A DNA stretch of 64,000 bases. Origin: Thermoplasmatota archaeon. GTDB lineage: Archaea > Thermoplasmatota > E2 > DHVEG-1 > B18-G2. The position numbers and the translations under genes are program-made. Positions 61,729 through 64,000 of the stretch are shown here, piece after piece. The stretch covers positions 11,896 through 75,895 of the forward strand of contig JAPDJO010000035.1 in assembly GCA_029259115.1 (NCBI GenBank). The letters are read 5' to 3'. Numbering within the stretch: the first letter of the stretch is position 1; each line of letters opens with the position of its first letter. The notes under the pieces were generated by a model. It made no database searches. It saw only the letters and a program-made list of their open reading frames with translations, and was not told where the DNA came from.

Positions 61729-62455
61729 CTAAGTTGGTCTCATTTTTCTGGTTTGTGTATATTTATCTAAAATTTGACCATACTTATCGTATAGAATCAG
61801 TTTAAGCTCATGAGAAAAATTAGGTGAGATTTCTCTTATCTCAGTAAAATTCAATTTTAAAACCTTCCTCTCTCCAGACTGAACAATTTTATCATTACTT
61901 CCCCGGATGCAAAATGTTCCATAAGATGTATTATCTATTATTAACTCAGCATAATACGGATAAGCAGGAACATCACCCTTATTTCTCAATATTATGGAGA
62001 GATCATATAAAACATCTTTATAATCATCCTTAGTATGTTTCCATAGAGACGTGATACCTAATATCTCTATTTCTGATCCTTTTATCCATATTGTGTTATT
62101 ATAAAGAATGGAATCGTAGTTCGTTCTCTCAAGAGATTTTACTTTGATGCTATAATTCCCTCTAGGCGCACTATACATTGGCTTCGAGATATGAATTGAC
62201 ATAGCAGAATCATTTTCATCTATTTCTCTAGTTATCTTTTCGCCAGTAGGCGTCTTGATAATAATTTTACTCTTTCCTACAGCTTGGTACTCAAGAATAA
62301 TACAGGTTATGCCGTTGTCATCTTGTTATCCAGAACGATTTGATATTAAACGAGGATCTTTTTTCTACATTATTACTTTTCTTTTCATTACAACCTGAGA
62401 ATAGGATTGAGGACATCAGGACAACCGAAATTATTATTGCATGCAGAATTTTCAC
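61729..62455 (-). pseudogene. Frameshifted lipoprotein gene (Ig/beta-sandwich-like C-terminus)
   Basis: GTG 62455 gives MKILHAIIISVVLMSSILFSGC (lipobox) ending SFWITR*. Removing one base near 62323 continues DDNGITCIILEY... into the 61729-62202 ORF, giving ~241 aa. Confidence 0.65.
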
Positions 62456-62534
62456 ATCTTATATTTATTTTTTAATATTTATAAATATTTTGGTATCGGA
62501 AGTTTTTTCTTCTAGATTTCGATTTAGTAGTTGG

Positions 62535-62702
62535 ATGAGGGTAAGAGTGGACTGCAAACATTGCAGGGAAGACACAAAACTTATACCTGTAGATAGTCAG
62601 AGTGAAGAGACAAGGTATTACTGTAGTCTGAATAAGATGGTAGATGGATCTTGTCCGGAAGATTGTGAGTGGTATCTCTCCAGCAAAACATTTGTGGTGT
62701 AG
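62535..62702 (+). CDS. Cys-rich microprotein A (55 aa)
   Basis: MRVRVDCKHC...YYCSLNKMVDGSCPEDCEWY; paralogous to the next ORF. Confidence 0.65.
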   Translation: MRVRVDCKHCREDTKLIPVDSQSEETRYYCSLNKMVDGSCPEDCEWYLSSKTFVV

Positions 62703-62879
62703 ATGCATGTAAAAGTAAGTTGTAAGCATTTCTCTTGGAAGAGAGAATTATTCGTAGGTAGCATGAATAAGGTTGACCAGTGCTTTCTGCTAAAACCGGA
62801 ATGCAGCATCGGAAAATTAACAAAATCTGGAGACTGTCCAGAGGATTGTAGATGGTTTGAGGCTAGGAAGGATAAGTAG
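62703..62879 (+). CDS. Cys-rich microprotein B (58 aa)
   Basis: MHVKVSCKHF...PECSIGKLTKSGDCPEDCRWF; its ATG directly follows the TAG of microprotein A; not in the ORF track. Confidence 0.65.
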   Translation: MHVKVSCKHFSWKRELFVGSMNKVDQCFLLKPECSIGKLTKSGDCPEDCRWFEARKDK

Positions 62880-63839
62880 AAAGAGCTAAGTATCCATCTC
62901 CACCAATAGGTAGCTTATCCACAAAAATCGTTCCATGCCCTTTCCCATCTCCGTTATCATCTATCCACGGATGCTCTATCATACGTATCATTAACTTAAC
63001 AAAAGTCTTTTTGATTACTCCGTGTTTAGGAACATCTGGCATTTCCTCTATTTTCATTCTTCTAAGTTTCTTATCTGCATATTCCCAAGCTTCTCCATAA
63101 GAAACGTTGTCTGAAAGTTTGTTAAAGAAGAAGTATGAGAAAATCTCTTCACCAAAACCTATTCCAACAGTATAGGGAGATGTGGACGTTATGATGACTC
63201 TGTTCTCTTGACTTAAGGCTCTTATAAAGGATCACGAAAAACAAGCGTCTATAATTACCGTACACACGTTATAGCTAACATTATCTAGCCAACTGTCCAG
63301 TTCCTTGATCATAAATATTTTCCCACTCTTGCGTTTCGTTATTCCATATTCCAACAAACGCCTTACCGCCATAACGTAAAGATCTAAAATGACCATGGCA
63401 ATTGAAAACTATGCAAACCATCATCGTTATCATCTGAATGATTTTTTAGCTAGTCAACTATAGCATATCTCACTGCTTCTTTACTAACAACGGCGTCCTT
63501 ACCGTTGCATGGTATATCTCTATCTATGATAAAGTAGATGTGTTGATCATCGTATCCCAAATGTCTGAAGGTTTCATACACATGTATGGAAGTTTTCCTG
63601 ATAAATCCTAGTCCACCCATTAATTTCTCCCACCAACGTTTTCCAAGATCTTTAGCGCCTCCACAGATTATCACAACCCATCTTTCTTTATTGTCGAAGT
63701 TAAAGGAAATGTTGAGATTTGCTTCGGCAGATCTACAGTACACTGTACTGAATGAAGGTATTATAACTGCGATAGCTACAAGGATTTTGAATATAGACAG
63801 CTTGTTTATTTTCGCATCTAAAAATATTGATGTCATCAT
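62863..63839 (-). pseudogene. Degraded secreted clan CD (C13/caspase-like) cysteine peptidase
   Basis: Reconstructs to ~324 aa: WVVIICGG, LGYDDQHIY, VFNCHG (His), ELDSWLD, IIDACFS*SF (Cys), RVIITST. Lesions: TAG 63450-52, frameshifts ~63419 and ~63307, TGA 63232-34. Confidence 0.8.
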
Positions 63840-63877
63840 ATAAAAATCTAACTTGTAGAAAATTATGGAAAGGAAGA

Positions 63878-64000
63878 TGGCTTGACAGCGAACCGCCCTT
63901 CCCACGGGCTCGCGCACCGTAGTACAAGGCGGTACGCGGGCGGGCTTAACTTCCGGGTTCGGGATGGGACCGGGTGTTTCCCCGCCGCTATGGCCGTCAA
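63878..64000 (-). rRNA. rrf: 5S rRNA (5' end probably clipped by the window edge)
   Basis: Reverse complement TTGACGGCCATAGCGGCGGGAAACACCCGGTCCCATCCCGAACCCGGAAGTTAAGCCCGCC...GGTTCGCTGTCAA; terminal helix pairs. Confidence 0.95.

Noticed and set aside
62340-62534. ORF-track 5' extension of microprotein A (120-aa ORF)
   Set aside because: It overlaps the antisense lipoprotein start and the AT-rich divergent promoter region; similarity to microprotein B starts at ATG 62535.
63232-63452. Pyrrolysine or selenocysteine read-through of in-frame TAG and TGA
   Set aside because: The same gene also has two frameshifts, the stops sit at likely Trp and Gly positions, and TAG/TGA are ordinary stops elsewhere in the window.
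63840-63917. ORF-track starts at 63917 and 63927
   Set aside because: They fall inside the 5S rRNA gene.

Overview
Archaeal chromosomal segment, most likely from Thermoplasmatota. This is an inference from PolD, FtsZ, Mbh, a class II HMG-CoA reductase and a Trm56-HD fusion. The window is densely coding and mostly housekeeping: a 14-gene Mrp-linked [NiFe]-hydrogenase operon (mbhA-N), polD (DP1+DP2), thyX, ftsZ-secE-spt5-rpl11 separated from rpl1-rpl10-rpl12, tRNA enzymes (trm14, tiaS, tgtA, trm56, rtcB), nadC/nadX, pyrBI, a TIP49 ATPase, aspS, five tRNAs (Cys, Gly, Leu, Val, Asp) and a 5S rRNA at the right edge. I saw no integrase, transposase, CRISPR array or intein. Leads worth checking are: (1) an MbhH whose central Lys/His axis appears replaced by neutral or acidic residues; (2) a phosphoesterase-HhH-DEDDy exonuclease fusion just upstream of polD; (3) a GT-C/GT4/(alpha/alpha)-toroid/flippase glycosylation cluster; (4) a membrane-anchored LTD-PLD gene coupled to a rhomboid and facing a presenilin; (5) twin palindromic operators in front of an orphan secreted protein; (6) two tandem paralogous Cys-rich microproteins inside a decaying accessory patch. 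All family assignments come from motif recognition by eye; no database searches were run.
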